64,000 nucleotides of DNA from Dendrobates tinctorius (taxonomy: Eukaryota), in NCBI RefSeq assembly GCF_039654945.1, contig NW_027361829.1, positions 59,272,001-59,336,000 of the forward strand, in the 5' to 3' direction. Below, piece by piece: positions 23,366-37,110 of this stretch. The translations under genes and the position numbers were made by a program. The notes under the pieces are model-generated. The model had not been told where the DNA came from. It was given only the letters and a program-made list of their open reading frames with translations, and made no database searches. Position 1 is the stretch's first letter, and every line of letters begins with the position of its first letter.

Positions 23366-24420
23366 TAAAAGGAACCTGTCACCAGAAAAAAAAAAAAACA
23401 CTATTAACCTGCAAATATGGGGTTCATTTACAGGTTAATAGCGTTATTATGCTGCCCAGCCTGCATGAAGCCTAACATTGTGCGGAGCAAATTAACCTCG
23501 CCCCAGCAACGTTCCAGTTTCAGTCATGGGGTTGGCACGGTGTTGGTTCAGTCACCACTCTGGGTATACCAAGAAGCAGCTATAAACGCGACCCCAGTGG
23601 TGACAGCCAGCCCCAATACCGGGGGTGCGGTTACAGCTACCACTCAGTATTCTCAGAGTGGTGACACTGCCTTCACGACTGAAATTGCACCTCTTACCCT
23701 GAATAACACTGGCTCTGCATTGGGGCTGGCTGTCAGTCAAGGATGGGGGTGCTGTTTCAATTACAGAGGTGTCGATGGTACGGGTTTAGTCATGGGGGCA
23801 GAACCAAGGGAATAGTGACATGCAAAGCCAGTGTCAGAGCCGAGGGCATACTCAGAGCAGTGACAGAACCAGCGCCATCCCCATGAGAGATAAGGGAACG
23901 CTGTTGGCAAGAAAAAAGTTAATTTTCTATCCACAGCATTAGGCTGCATGCAGGTACCAGGCAGCAAAATAACAATATTAAAGGGAACCTATCACCCCCC
24001 AGGCGTTTTTTTAAGTAAAAGAGCCACCTTGTGCAGCACTAATGCTATATTCTGTCAATGTGGCTCTTTTACTTAGCATCCCTTCCACCGCAGAAATAAT
24101 TGTTTTTAAAATTGGTCAAAAATACCTGAATTTTGACAGGGGGACAGGTATTTCCCCCTCTGACAGATGCCTCGCATCCATCAGTCATTTCTTTCTTCAT
24201 TATTTGGCGCCGCCTCCTCAGCTTCTTTTGAAATCATGGCGCCTGCGCTGTACTATATCTTCTTGGGCATGCGCAGTTAACACTGCCCGTGCTCTCACAT
24301 CACATCCTGGCCTTCCTATCGCGTGGCCAGAGATCCCGCCCCGCAGTCGCTTATGATTTATTCACACTGCGGGGCTGGGAATCTTGTGCATGCGCAGAAG
24401 TTCTCTGCGTCTCTCATGCT
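23366..24420. mobile_element. Nested T2/Kolobok-type MITE remnants
   Basis: ttaaaaggaacctgtcacc (23366) and ttaaagggaacctatcacc (23978) termini; fold-back arms at 23420-23530 and 23880-23980. Confidence 0.6.
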
Positions 24421-24429
24421 CAAGAAGGG

Positions 24430-24890
24430 GAATAGAATGGGGCACATTACACCTGGAAATGGACCAGGATGGGCCACATTATATCAGGATGAGTCCTTGA
24501 TACGGCGATTATACTACGATGGAGAACATTACCAAAGGAAAAGGACCAGGATGGGACATATTATATTAGGAAGGGGACCAGAATTGGGAATATATCAGGA
24601 TGGGGAACCAGAATGGTGCAAATTATTTCAGGCAGGGAACTACGATGATGCACAATGAACTAGGATGGTGTTCATTATACAAGGAAGGAGACCAGGATGA
24701 ATAATATTATACTACAGTAGAATGGGGAACATCACCATAGGAAGGAGACCAAGATGGGGCACATTATATCAGGAAAGAAATCAGGATGAGGCACATTAAA
24801 CCAGGAAGGTGAACATTATACATAGAAAGGGACCATGACAGGAGATATTATCCCAGGGGACAAGTATGGGGAACATTATTACTTGAAGAG
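24430..24890 (+). repeat. Degenerate ~32-bp minisatellite (ggaccaggatggggcacattatatcaggaa)
   Basis: Repeated accaggatg / cattat motifs. Confidence 0.65.
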
Positions 24891-24932
24891 GTGTCCCTTA
24901 TTATGTACAAATCCTTTCTAGTCCATTATTAT

Positions 24933-25950
24933 AAAAAAACACATTTGAAAGGTTGACTCACCAAACCCTGACTAATGCACTAGCAGGATGCAGCAGACCT
25001 CCATTGATAAAGGCTGGGGCAGCACAGGTGCAAACCACTGATGAAAACAGCCAGTAACCCAAGATGGTCTGGCTGCCTAGTGGAAAAAATGCACACAAAT
25101 AGGGCTTGCATAGGACATCAGTCACACAGATAAGTGTGGTGCAAAGTGTCTGAACAGCCTATTAATGACGCCCATAGTATTAGCAGGTGGGCTGCTCAGC
25201 ACTATATATTTTTTACCACACTTATCTGTGTGACTGATGTCCTATGCAAGCCCTATTTGTGTGCATTTTTTCCACTAGGCAGCCAGACCATCTTGGGTTT
25301 CTAGCTGTTTTCATAAGTGGTTTGCACCTGTGCTGCCTCAGCCTTTATCAATGGAAGTCTGCTGTATCCTGCTAGTGCATTAGTCAGGGTTTGGTGAGTC
25401 AACCTTTCAAATGTGTTTTTTTTAATTTTTGGGAATTTTTTTCTTATGTGCGCTGTTCAGATTTAGTGTTAGGGACTTGCAAAATTTGGGGACCCTTGAC
25501 ATTGGGTTGCGAGTCTATCTGCTTTGGCCAAAATAGTAACTAATACCCCATATCTTTTTATCTTTTTGCACTTTTTTATCATTTTTGCAGGATGCAGCTA
25601 GACCTCTTTATGTTGGCTTGGTTTTTCCTGTGTGATGCATATATACATTGCTGAGCAGCCCACCTGCTAATACTATGGGCATCATTAATAGGCTGTTCAG
25701 ACACTTTGCACCACACTTATCTGTGTGACTGAAGTCCTATGCAAGCCCTATTTGTGTGCATTTTTTCCACTAGGCAGCCAGACCATCTTGGGTTACTGGC
25801 TGTTTTCATCAGTGGTTTGCACTTGTGCTTCCCCAGCCTTTATCAATGGAGGTCTTCTGCATCCTGCTAGTGCATTAGTCAGGGTTTGGGGAGTCAACCG
25901 TTCAAATGTGTTTTTTTTGAATTTTTGGGAATTTTTTCCTTATGTGCGCT
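24933..25950. mobile_element. Retroposed 494-nt monomer: inverted head (24933-25203) plus 1.5x direct tandem (25216-25950); Penelope pLTR-like
   Basis: accacacttatctg at 25216 and 25710; 13-bp TSD agtccatt(a/t)ttat at 24920-24932 and 25951-25963. Confidence 0.75.
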
Positions 25951-27999
25951 AGTCCATTTTTATGTAGCGTCCTCTATGTACAGTGCTTTCCCATTATTAC
26001 AAAGTAATATGTCTTATATACAGCACTGCCCTTACTTACATTATTCTCGTTATTTTTGCTAATCACATTGCCTTTTCTTTATTATATAGAGTGCTCCCTT
26101 GTTAGATATAAAATCAAATTACTGCAACGTGTGTCCAGAAGACCAGTACATCAGCTGACTACATCAGAAAAGAAACTTTTCCATGTTACATCAGCAGTCA
26201 TTTCAATTTATATCTAACAAGAGCGAACAGTACGTTATATAAATGGATAACAAAATAATAAGAGAATACAACATGTAAAGGATGTTGCTGTACATAAGAG
26301 ATGATACTACTGTATGTAATAAGGGGGGGCAATATACTTAATGAGAAGAGACTATGTAATAAATATATATACATATACGCACTTATATACACACACATAC
26401 ATAGATACACATACACATTACATACACATGTATCTTGGTCACCATAAAAGGAGGGTGCCCAATCCCATTTCTTGCACAGGGGCCCCAAGCTGTCAGTGTC
26501 CGAACCTGGGGCGAGATACTTCAAAAAATTGCTTGTGGCCATAATATGGATGTGTGATAGAATCCTAGCTTTCCAAGGCGGGGGGAGAGGTATTCCAGCT
26601 ACGATGCCCAGATTTGAGCTAACCGGTGTTTTTTTTTTATAAGAGACCTTTAAGTTGATCATTAAATGACTATGCATTACTATCAGCCCAAGATGCAGGT
26701 CTTACATGGTCATTCATGTAACTGCTTTTCAGTGGACACTATTGATATTAATTGCTGTGACTGTTCCAATAATCTAGGTAGATTACATACTTTCTCATTT
26801 TCAAACATATACTTAATTTACAGTACCTAACAATTTTTATTTCTCATTTTGAATATTTTATACCTAATTTATATTAAGCCATTTAAAAATTAAGCTAAAA
26901 AATAACTGCATCAAAAGTAATGTTATCTTCATTCTATAGACCTAAACTAATAAATGACTTTTTACATTTTATTATCAGTTTTGGTAACTTACATGAAAAC
27001 AAAGAACATTAGTCAGCCCATTATGAATTACGGATGATCTCTATGAAAACGTAGCTACTATATACTCAATACAGCATTGCGGTAAATGTATTAAAAATGA
27101 TAAAAGGAAAACTTTTCCGGACAGATTTATTGAGTTAAACACTACTGCATTTTGATATTATTAAAAATTAAATAAAGAAAATGAATTTGGCTCAAATACA
27201 TATCATAATACATGAAAACTCAATAAAAATCAATACAAAAAATTCCAGTGGGGTTTAATACTAAAAGGGAAGATGTCAGGATTAAGGAGAAATGGGTAAT
27301 TGCGAATGTAAAAAACACTATCAGGGGAGTTTCAATTAAAAGACAACAAGCCATACGTTTAATTAGAAAGAGGAAGCATTGCAAAGCCTACAGTTTTTAC
27401 ATAAATAAGATGTAATCCTTATTAACCTGCAGAGAGCATAATAGGCAATCCACCAATGTCCTGTAGAATACTAATGCATTCAGTTTCGCTCTACACATTC
27501 CATTTGGGATCTATTAACAGTAATGTTCACTTCTCAATCACTAAAGAAATAATGTTTGCTTTTTTAGATTAACCATTTATGTGCTTTCTTAATACGAATG
27601 TGTAAACTTACAAATGTTACATAAGGCAGAAACTAAAGCAATTCATATATTCTATGATAAATTAGCAATGTAAATATACTACAGTCAATACCTAAAGCAA
27701 AAGAGCATACTAATGAAAGTGATGAAACTAATGAAAATTACAGTACTTTAAATCAGTCTGAAATGAAAAAAATATATATAACACAACAATATCTAGCAAA
27801 AACAATTCGAGTGAACTATTCCTTGACTGAACTAAACAAGGAATATAATACTATTACCAGTACATAAAATTAAGATTATACAACCAATCACCCAGCAAGC
27901 TAATTGTGCAAACTAAGGCCATCAATTTGAAAGCAGTATGAGGAGAGTATCTATGAAATCAAATGGAGTACACTACTGCAAATGCTACTGTATAAAAGC

Positions 28000-28630
28000 C
28001 AGGTCTGTGGAGTCGGTAAGCCAAATCACTGACTCCTAACATACATGGCTCATGTTGAAGTAATATATTTACTGTAGTAAAATGGTAACATCAGGCTTTT
28101 CATCAGCATTATGATACCATAATCGAGCTATTTTTGGTTCACTCTAGCCGTTCTGAGATGAGTGCAGGCATTCCTTCCCAGTGTCTTTTTGCTCTTATCT
28201 TTAGAGGAGGAGTTTCAATACTGAGCATGTAAATAAAGTGCAGCACAGATTCATCTCAACTAAAAGTCTGTTGTTGAAACCACCTGCGTGCGTGCTGGTC
28301 ATGAAAGTGTTATTCGCACATCTAAAATCCCTGCTCTGTATGGACTTGCTCTTTGTAGTTATTTAATGTCTATTTGTGATTAAGGCCTTTGTTAGAGGCT
28401 GAAACATGTTGGTTCTAGATATCCACTGGTTGATCTGACTGCATACAACTGTGCTCTTTTATAATTTTTTTCTAATATTCAATAAAACAAAAGTTTTATA
28501 TACAAGACCTCTGAAAGTGCAGCGGATTCTTCATCGGCTGGTCATACATATTTTCTTGGATTTCATTTTATACTGACTCCACCAAAATGGACACTGACTC
28601 AGACTCCACGACTACAACTCCACAGCACTG
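28000..28630. mobile_element. hAT MITE with an internal Penelope-like fragment
   Basis: caggtctgtggagtcgg ... actccacagcactg; 8-bp TSD ataaaagc/atgaaggc; eroded hammerhead-like motif at ~28375-28412. Confidence 0.65.
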
Positions 28631-30187
28631 ATGAAGGCTACATGTAAGTACTGCCACACAAACAATATGAGTGTGTATACTAACATTGATATGCTGGAAA
28701 TCTACTTATTTTTGCCACTTATCAAAACTATATACAGTGGGTAAGGAAAGTATTCAGACCCTTTTAAATTTATCATTGCAGCCAATTGGTAAATTCAAAA
28801 AAGCTCATTTTTTTCCTCATTAATGTACACTCTGCAAACCATCTTGACTGAAAAAAAACAGAAATGTAGAATTTTTGCAAATGTATTAAAAAAGAAAAAC
28901 TGAAATATCACATGGTCATAAGTATTCAGACCCAGTGCTCAGACACTCATATTTAAGTCACATGCTGTCCATTTCCTTGCGATCCTCCTTGAGATGGTTC
29001 TACTTCATTGGAGTCCAGCTGTGTTTACTTAAACTGATAGGACTTGATAAGTAAAGGCACACACCTGTCTATATAAGACCTCACAGCGCATGTCAGACCA
29101 AATGAAAATCATGAGGTCAAAGGAACTGGCCAAGGAGCTCAGACAGAATTGTGGCACGTTACAGATCTGGCCAAGTTTACAAAAGAATTTCTGCAGTACT
29201 CAAGGTCCCTAAGAGCATAGTGACCTCCATAATCCTTCAAAGGAAGAAGTTTGGGACCACCAGAAGTCTTCCTAGACCTGGCCGTCCAGCCAAAATGAGC
29301 AGTCATGGGAGAAGAACCTTGGTGAGATAGGTAAAGCAGAGCCACAAGGTCACTGTGGCTGAGCTCCAGAGATGCAGTAGGGAGATGGAAGAAAGATCCA
29401 CAAAGTCAACTATCACTGCAGCCCTCCACCAGTTGGGCCATTATGGCAGAGTGGCCCGACGGAAGCCTCTCCTCAGTGCAAAACATATGAAAGCCCACAT
29501 AGAGCTTGCTAAAAAAACATGTGAAGGACTCCCAGACTATGAGAAATAAGATTCTCTGGTCTGATGAGTCGAAGATAGAATTATCACCAAAAAGTTCTAA
29601 GTGGTATGTGTGGAGAAAACCAGACACTGCTCATCACCTGCCCAATACAATCCCAACAGTGAAACATGGTGGTGGCAGCATCATGCTATGGGTGTGATTT
29701 TCAGCTGCAGGTACAGGACGACTGGTTGCAATTGAAGGAAACATGAATGCGGCCAAGTACAGAGATATCCTGGATGAAATCCTCTTTCAAAGTGCTCCGG
29801 ACCTCAGACTTGGCAGAAGGTTCACCTTCCATCCTCATATCGTGCACACTGTGTGCGGTGAGGATTCTCTGGTGCCGGCCCGGGGAACAGGTGGTCTTGT
29901 AACTGCAAGCATGCGATATATATATATATTCCCAGCTACATTCCAACTAGACTGTTTCTGGCCTTGCTCAATACAGTTACATTAGGTCATGCAAGTCTAG
30001 TCAGCATGTGACCGCATGTATGCAAATCACAAACTTGCAGTCACACCGGCCGAATAACCACAGCACCATGAGCAATGTGAGGAATCACAAGTCTACAGTC
30101 ACATAGAATGAAACAGAGTGAATGAACCAATGACACAGATGCACAGCCCCACTGTATAATGACAGACACACGCACAGTCCCACTGTA

Positions 30188-30441
30188 TAATAAAATAATA
30201 ATAATCTTTATTTTTATATAGCGTTAATATATTCCACAGCGCTTTACAGTTTGCACACATTATCATCACTGTCCCTGATGGGGCTCACAATCTAAATTCC
30301 CTACCAGTATGTCATTGGAATGTGGGAGGAAACTGGAGTACCCGAAGGAAACCCACGCAAACACGGGGATAACATACAAACTCCTTGCAGATGTTGTCCT
30401 TGGTGGGATTCGAACCCAGGACTCCACGCACCATGCTGCCC
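30188..30441 (-). mobile_element. tRNA-derived V-SINE with L2-type tail
   Basis: Minus strand: B box ggttcgaatccc, V domain gtttgtatgttatccccgtgtttgcgtgggtttcc..gggtactccagtttcctcccaca, tail ...gctatataaaaataaag(att)n. Confidence 0.85.
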
Positions 30442-30589
30442 ACGTGTATACTGACACACACGCACAGCCCCACTGCATAATCACATATCCACAGTCCCAT
30501 TGTATAATGACACACACAGCCCAAATGTATAATGACACACAGATGCACAGTCCCACTGTATAATGACACACACAGCCCCACAGTATAAT

Positions 30590-30661
30590 CACACACACCC
30601 AGGAAAAACACATACACCAAGGAAAAATACACACACACACCCAGGAAAATCACACACCTAG

Positions 30662-30702
<41 letters not shown>

Positions 30703-30786
30703 AAAACACACATACACACACCGAGAAAACACACACACACCCAGAAAAACACACACACGAAAACACACACACGAAAACACACACAC

Positions 30787-30825
<39 letters not shown>

Positions 30826-30852
30826 AAAACACACATACTCCCAAAAAACACA
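30590..30852. repeat. Compound (CA)n / gaaaa(ca)n microsatellite
   Basis: Seen directly. Confidence 0.95.
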
Positions 30853-31945
30853 ATCTAACCTGCCATACTTAATTTTTCAATTTCCCCCCTGCTACTTAGC
30901 ACAGCAAAAGTTGAGAGAGGCAGCTGGGGAGAATACCTGGAATGTGCTGGGCAGTGGGCACACAAGGCAGCTACCTCTCATCTTGCCCTGCTGTCTTGGG
31001 CTGCTGTTCTGCACGCTGATGCTCCTACCCCTCCAGGTCCAAGCTGATGGGACATCGGAGACAAAGTTGCACATAGAATAGGAGGATGCTGCATGCAATC
31101 ACTATGTAAGTAGCGCACCATCCTCTTCTTAGTTGTGTGGCAGGAGCCCCCTCTCACCACTGTGCCCCCTTCCCCGGCCTGCTCATCACATACTGCTGCA
31201 GCCTGCATGTCGGGTCGACTGGCAGGATGACGCAACCGCACACCTACAGGTGTGCTATGTATTAAAATCACTTCCAGTCCTCCAGCGGCCCTGTGCAGCT
31301 GTTTAGGCACCGGCCCGGGGAGAATGTTCATTACCACCAACCAGCCCAGCCCGCCCCTGTCTGTGACCATTCTTGACTGACCAAGCCAGCCAGAGCCCTG
31401 ACCTAAACCCAATTGAGCATCTCTGGAGAGACCTGAAAATGGCTGTCCACCAATGTTCACCATTCAAACTGAAGGAAATGGAGAGGATATGCAAGGAAGA
31501 ATGGTAGAGGATCTCCAAATCCAGGTGTGAGAAACTTGTTGCATCATTCCCAAGAAGACTCACAGCTGTACTAGTTCAAAAGGGTGCTTCTACTCTATAC
31601 TGACAGCATGTGACTTAAATATGAGTGTCTGAACACTGGGTCTGAATACTTATGACCATGTGATATTTCAGTTTTTCTTCTTTAATAAATTTGCAGAAAA
31701 AATTCAACATTTCTGCTTTTTTTAGTCAAGATTGGGTGCAGAGTGTAAATTAATGAGAAAAAAAATGAACTGTTTTGAATTTACCAAATGGCTGCAATGA
31801 AAAACGAAAAAAGTAGTTTGGTACCATGTTAGCCAGTAGAAAAAAATATATAAAGTGCTCTCAGTCTCTCACTGAGAGCGCTGCAATGAAACAAACAGTG
31901 AAAAATGTAAAGGGGTCTCAATACTTTCTGTACCAACAGTAAGTA

Positions 31946-33232
31946 CATTGAAGGAAATAATAATTTGATCCCCTGCTGACTTTGTAAGCTTGCCCACTGA
32001 CAAAGATATGAACAGTCTATAATTTTAAGGGTAGGTTAATTTTATCATTGAGAGAAAGAATATCAAAAATAAAATCCAGAAAATCGCATTGTATTTATTT
32101 TATAAATTTTTTTGCATTTTGCAGTGAGAAATAAATATTTGATCCCCTACCAACCACTAAGAGTTCTGACACCTACAGACCAGTTAGACGCTAATAAACT
32201 CATTACCTGCATTAAAGACAGCTGTCTTACCTTTATAAAAGACTCCTGTCCACAGACTCAGTCAGACTCTAACACCTACAACATGGGCAAGACCAAAGAA
32301 TTCATAAGGATGTCAGAGACAAGATCATAGACCTGTACAAAGCTGGAGTGTGCTACAAAACCATAAGTAAGAGGCGACAACTGTTGGTGTAATAGCAAAA
32401 AAAAGAAAAAAAAATGGGAGAAACACAAAATGACTGTCAATCGATATCAATCTGGGGCATCATGCAAAATCTCACCTTGTGGGGTAGCCTTGATCATGAG
32501 GAAGGTGACAGATCAGCCTTAAACTACACAGGGGAACTCTCTAATGATCTCAAGCTGGGGGGGCCAAGAAAACCATTGCTAACACATTACGCCATAAAGG
32601 TTTAAAATCCTGCAGTGCCCGCAAGGTCCCCATGCTCAAGAAGGCACATGTGCAGGCCCCTCTGAAGTTTGCCAATGAACACCTGGATGATTCTGTGAGT
32701 GATTGGGAGAAGTTGCTGTGGTCAGATGAGACAAAAATGAATTGATCTCTTTGGCATTAACTTAACTCGCCATGTTTGGAGGAAGAGAAATGCTGCCTAT
32801 GACCCTAAGAACACCATCCCCACTGTGAAGCATGGAGGTGGAAACATTATGTTTTGGAGGTTTTTCTCTGCTAAGGGCACAGGACTACTTCATCGCATCA
32901 ATTGGAGAATAGATGTACCATAAAATCGTGAGTGATAAGCTACTTCCCTCTGTACGACATTAAAAATGGGCTCTGGCTGGGTCTTCCAGCAAGACAATGA
33001 CCCAAAACATACAGCCAAGGCGACAAATTAGTGGCTCAAAAAGAAGCACATTAAGGTCATGGAGTGACCTAGCCAGTATCCAAACCTTAATCCCATAGAA
33101 AACTTATGAAGGGAGTTGAAGCTCCGAGTTGCCAAGTGACAGCCTCAAAAATCTTAATGATTTAGAGATGATCTGCAAAAAGGAGTGGACGAAACTTCCT
33201 CCTGACGTGCGCGAAACTCATCATCAACTAGA
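31946..33232 (+). mobile_element. Second Tc1-like relic, 3'-truncated, directly adjacent to the previous one
   Basis: Left TIR cattgaaggaaataataatttgatccc; ATG 32283 MGKTKE; [30 protein letters not shown] fragments with many stops and frameshifts. Confidence 0.85.
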
Positions 33233-33732
33233 AAAAAGGTAAATTAATTCTCTCCTACTTCTGTAATAAAACCAGGCTGGTGAAGAATAATAGTATTAAT
33301 ATGGGAGTACAGTCTAACAGCAGCAGTGTGAGCTACTAAATTAGTAGGTGAGACTGCTTGCACAGTATGGTTTCTCCTGCAGTAGTTTATTGCCGGCTTA
33401 TAATATATAAATATATGCACAATGGCCACAGATGCAATGTTTTGAACTCACTGTTGGATGAACCCTTGACAAGATTAGGGCTGCCAGGGAGGGACACCAG
33501 CTTTTGAGCGTAGAGTGGTGGTGAAGGCGAACACGTTTGGATAAGACATTACCTTGCGATGTTCACAAGGTGAATTAAGTGAGGTGGGTTGCTGAAGCTA
33601 CACTGCAGAGCCAGGAGTGCACCGGCCAACAGCGCTCCCTGGTACCAGGCAAAAAATGGCTGCTACTGTCTGGAGACAGCGTGTGATGTCAAAGTAGGAA
33701 AGTAGTTATATCTGGGCCAAAAAACCTAACCA

Positions 33733-33778
33733 AACCAAAGCGTTTCAAGAAGATCACGGCTCCTCTTCCTCAGGGTAA
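33733..33778 (-). ncRNA. Eroded hammerhead motif
   Basis: Minus strand: acc CTGAGGA agaggag ccgtgat cttctt GAAA cgct TT ggt; stem III mutated. Confidence 0.4.
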
Positions 33779-34523
33779 CTTTGGCAACCCACCTCAATGA
33801 ACTGACCTTGCGATCATCGCAAGGTAACGTCTTATCCGAACATGTTCAGAAGTTACCCGAGCACCTGGGAGTGTTCGAGTCCTTGTGGCTGCCTGATTTG
33901 CAGCTGTTAGACCGCATCAACATTTGAGGATTGCCTGCTTGTTGGCCTTTTTAACCAAAAAAATAAAGAAAAAGAAAAGCTAATTTTAAGAAGCAGTAGG
34001 ACTAAAGTCGGAGCTAAAACTCACTGTGTTAGCAGTGATCTCACGAAGGTTAAAGTATTTCAGGGGTCCATCTGGGAATGCAGCTTCAGTGACCAGCAGT
34101 AAGCTCGATAACGTCACCGCTACTCACTGATGCAGCCCTCGCAGCAACTCAATCATCAGTGGTTCTCAGTCTGGACGATTGCATCTTGGCAACAATGAGG
34201 TTGAAAACTGTTCATCCACAGACATGGGTTAAAGTGTGGGACAAAACGACTGACAGGTGAGGAGTAAGGTGTTTTTTTATTTTTGCTTTATTACATGAGG
34301 CAAGGGCGTTAATGAAACGGGCATTAGGCGAGTATAACTGTTTGTTATTTTGAAATAAAAAAGAAAAATGTACGTTTTTTAATTTCAAATAAAATACTTT
34401 ATTCTGGCTGTTTATTTACAATACAACTGTAGGATTAGTAATGGATAGGTGTCTTATAGACGCCTCTCCATTACTTAGTCGTGAGCCCGTGTGTATGAAT
34501 ATACCTACATATTATACTGTATA

Positions 34524-36135
34524 CACTACCGTTCAAAAGTTTGGAGTCACCCAGACAATTGTGTTTTCCATGAAAACTCATACTTTTATTAATCAAATGA
34601 GTTGCCAAATGAATTTAAAATCTAGTCCTGACATTGACAATGTTTGAAAAACAAAGTTTTTTTATTTGAAATAATAATTTTCTCCTTCAAACTTTGCTTT
34701 CACCAAAGAATACTCCCTTTGCAGCAATTCCAGCATTGCAGACCTTTGGCATTCTAGCAGTTATTTTGCTGAGGTAATCTGGAGAAATTTCACCCCATGC
34801 TTCCAGAAGCCCCTCCCACAAGTTGGTTTGGCTTGATTGGCACTTTTTGCGTACCATACGGTCAAGCTGCTCCCACAAAAGCTCAATGGGGTTGAGATCT
34901 GGTGACGGCGCTGGACACTCCATGACAGATAGAATACCAGCTGCTTGCTTCTTCCCTAAATAGCTCTTGCATAATTTGGAGGTGTGCTTTGGGTCATTGT
35001 TCTGTTGTAGGATGAAATTGGCTCCAATCAAGCACTGTCCACAGGGTATGGCATGGCGTTCAAACTGGAGTGATAGCCTTCCTTATTCAAAATCTCTTTT
35101 ACCTTGTACAAATCTCCAACTTTACCAGAACCAAAGCAACCTCAGACCATCACATTACCTCCACCTTGCTTGACAGATGGCGTCAGGCACTCTTCCAGCA
35201 TCTTTTCAGTTGTTATCCATCTCACAATTGTTCTTCTGTGTGATCCAAACACCTCAAACTTGGATTTGTCTGTCCATAACACTTTTTTCCATTCTTCCTC
35301 TGTTCAATGTCTGTGTTCTTTTCCGATATTAATCTTTTCCTTTTATTAGCCAGTCTCAGATATGGCTTTTTCTTTGCCACTCTGCCCTTAAGGCCAGCAT
35401 CCTGGAGTCGCCTCTTCACTGTAGACGTTGACACTGGCGTTTTGCGTGTACTATTTAATGAAGCTGCCATTTGAGGACCTGTGAGGTGTCGATTTCTCAG
35501 ACTACAGACTCTAATGTACTTGTCTTGTTGCTCAGTTGTGCAGCGGGGTCTCCCACTTCTCTTTCTATTCCGGTTAGAGCCCGTTTGTGCTCTCCTCTGA
35601 AGGGAGTTGTACACGCCGTTGTAGGAAATCTTCAGTTTATTGGCAATTTCTCGCATGAAATAGCCTTCATTTCTAACAAGAATAGACTGTCGAGTTTCAC
35701 ATGAAGGTTCTTTTTTTCTGGCCATTTTTAGAGTTTAATGGAACCAACAAATGTGTTGCTCCAGATTCTCAACTAGCTCAAATGAAGGTCAGGTTTATAG
35801 CTTCTCTAATCAGCCAAACTGTTTTCAGCTGTGCTAACATACTTGCACAACGGTTTTCAAGGATATTCTAACCATCCATTAGCCTTCTTACACAGTTAGC
35901 AAACACAAAATGCCATAAGACTCTGGAGTGATGGTTGTTGGAAATGGGCCTCTATACACCTATGAAGATAATGCATTACAAACCAGAAGTTTGAAGATAG
36001 AATAGTCATTTACCACATTAACAATGTATAGAGTATTTACTGAATCATTTAATATTAGCTTCATTGGAAAAAACTGTGCTTTTCTTTCAAAAATAAGGAA
36101 ATTTCTAAGTGACCCTAAACTTTTGAACGGTAGTG
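34524..36135 (-). mobile_element. Full-length (1612 bp) Tc1-like transposon, TA TSD
   Basis: ta|cactaccgttcaaaagttt ... aaacttttgaacggtagtg|ta. Confidence 0.93.
34687..35725 (-). pseudogene. DD34E Tc1 transposase, frameshifted, second catalytic D replaced by N
   Basis: MARKKE...GRPR...VAKKKPYL (ORF 35222-35725) and ILQQNNDPKH...[11 protein letters not shown] (ORF 34687-35031). Confidence 0.9.
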
Positions 36136-36758
36136 TATATACACATTTGTAAAAAAAGAAAATAACACCTATAAAGTAAAATGAAAGGTACAGTAAAATA
36201 TTGTCTGGAAACAGATCAATCGTAGAACATAAGGTCACACGCAGGGATGGTACAAGCATGTGCATAATCTCAGTCTGTACCTCAGCGCTTCACTGCTGAA
36301 GCCGATGAAATAGCTCAACAAGATGAAGTGCTGTGTTTACAAGCCTTTATGAAGCTTGGATTTACTGTGCACTTCAGTCAATAGATGACTGAGTGCTGAC
36401 TGATACTTTGCTTACCTCGCAGCCAGTGTAAATATGAAATGTTTTAACTCAAATTAAATGCAATATTTTTCCAAGATACATGCTGCGGTGATAAGTCTAA
36501 TAGAATACTTCTATATTTGCACTCATCAGGAATCAAATTAAATGATTTTGCATGTTTGTAAACTTGACATTAATTTCAATGGTGAAACTGTTGACTTTAA
36601 TAGCATCTCTGTAAGCTTTCATTTTCAACTTTTTTTTGGCAGTACAAACTAACAAGACAAAAAAAAAAAAAAACTAGGAGAACTACGTATATCAAAGTAC
36701 ATTGCTAAGACACATATCACAGGTAATAGATGACACACAGAAAAAGACTGATAATGAC

Positions 36759-37110
36759 TAGAGATGAGCGAATATTTCAAAGTTCAGCTCGGATTACGAT
36801 CGCCAAATTTGCAATATTCGCTGATTTATTCTTGGAATATTCACTGAACGCCATTCAAGTCAATGGTAGGCAAAAACAAGCTTATGCACACCTTCAAACG
36901 GCCCCAAAAGCTGCCAAAAGACATCAAATGAGGGAGAAACACCAGGAAAGTGGCCTCAATTCACCCACAGTACAAGCTGTAGCAAGGCACTGCAACAATC
37001 AGCCAGGCATGAGGTATTGGAGTCTGGGAGAGCCTTCACAGATTTCAATTGAACGTCAAAGTAAGACGAGGTGGGTGAGTGACCAACCTAGGCCTGCTGT
37101 GCTATAGTCC
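36759..37110. mobile_element. Left portion of a hAT-type element
   Basis: tagagatgagcgaat terminus, same type as 50485; no right end found. Confidence 0.45.

Larger units (their letters stand above)
28735..31939 (+). mobile_element. Tc1-like transposon relic with long TIRs, interrupted at ~29833-31358
   Basis: ta|cagtgggtaaggaaagtattcagaccc ... gggtctcaatactttctgtaccaacag|ta. Transposase fragments from ATG 29111 ([42 protein letters not shown]-like at ~31395). Confidence 0.9.

Noticed and set aside
25036-25095. CTGATGA...GAAA in the 494-nt unit as a hammerhead
   Set aside because: The stem is not adjacent to the core and there is no stem III/NUH; not a canonical hammerhead.
30266-30853. Cys/Val-rich ORFs
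   Set aside because: Translation of the (CA)n microsatellite and SINE.
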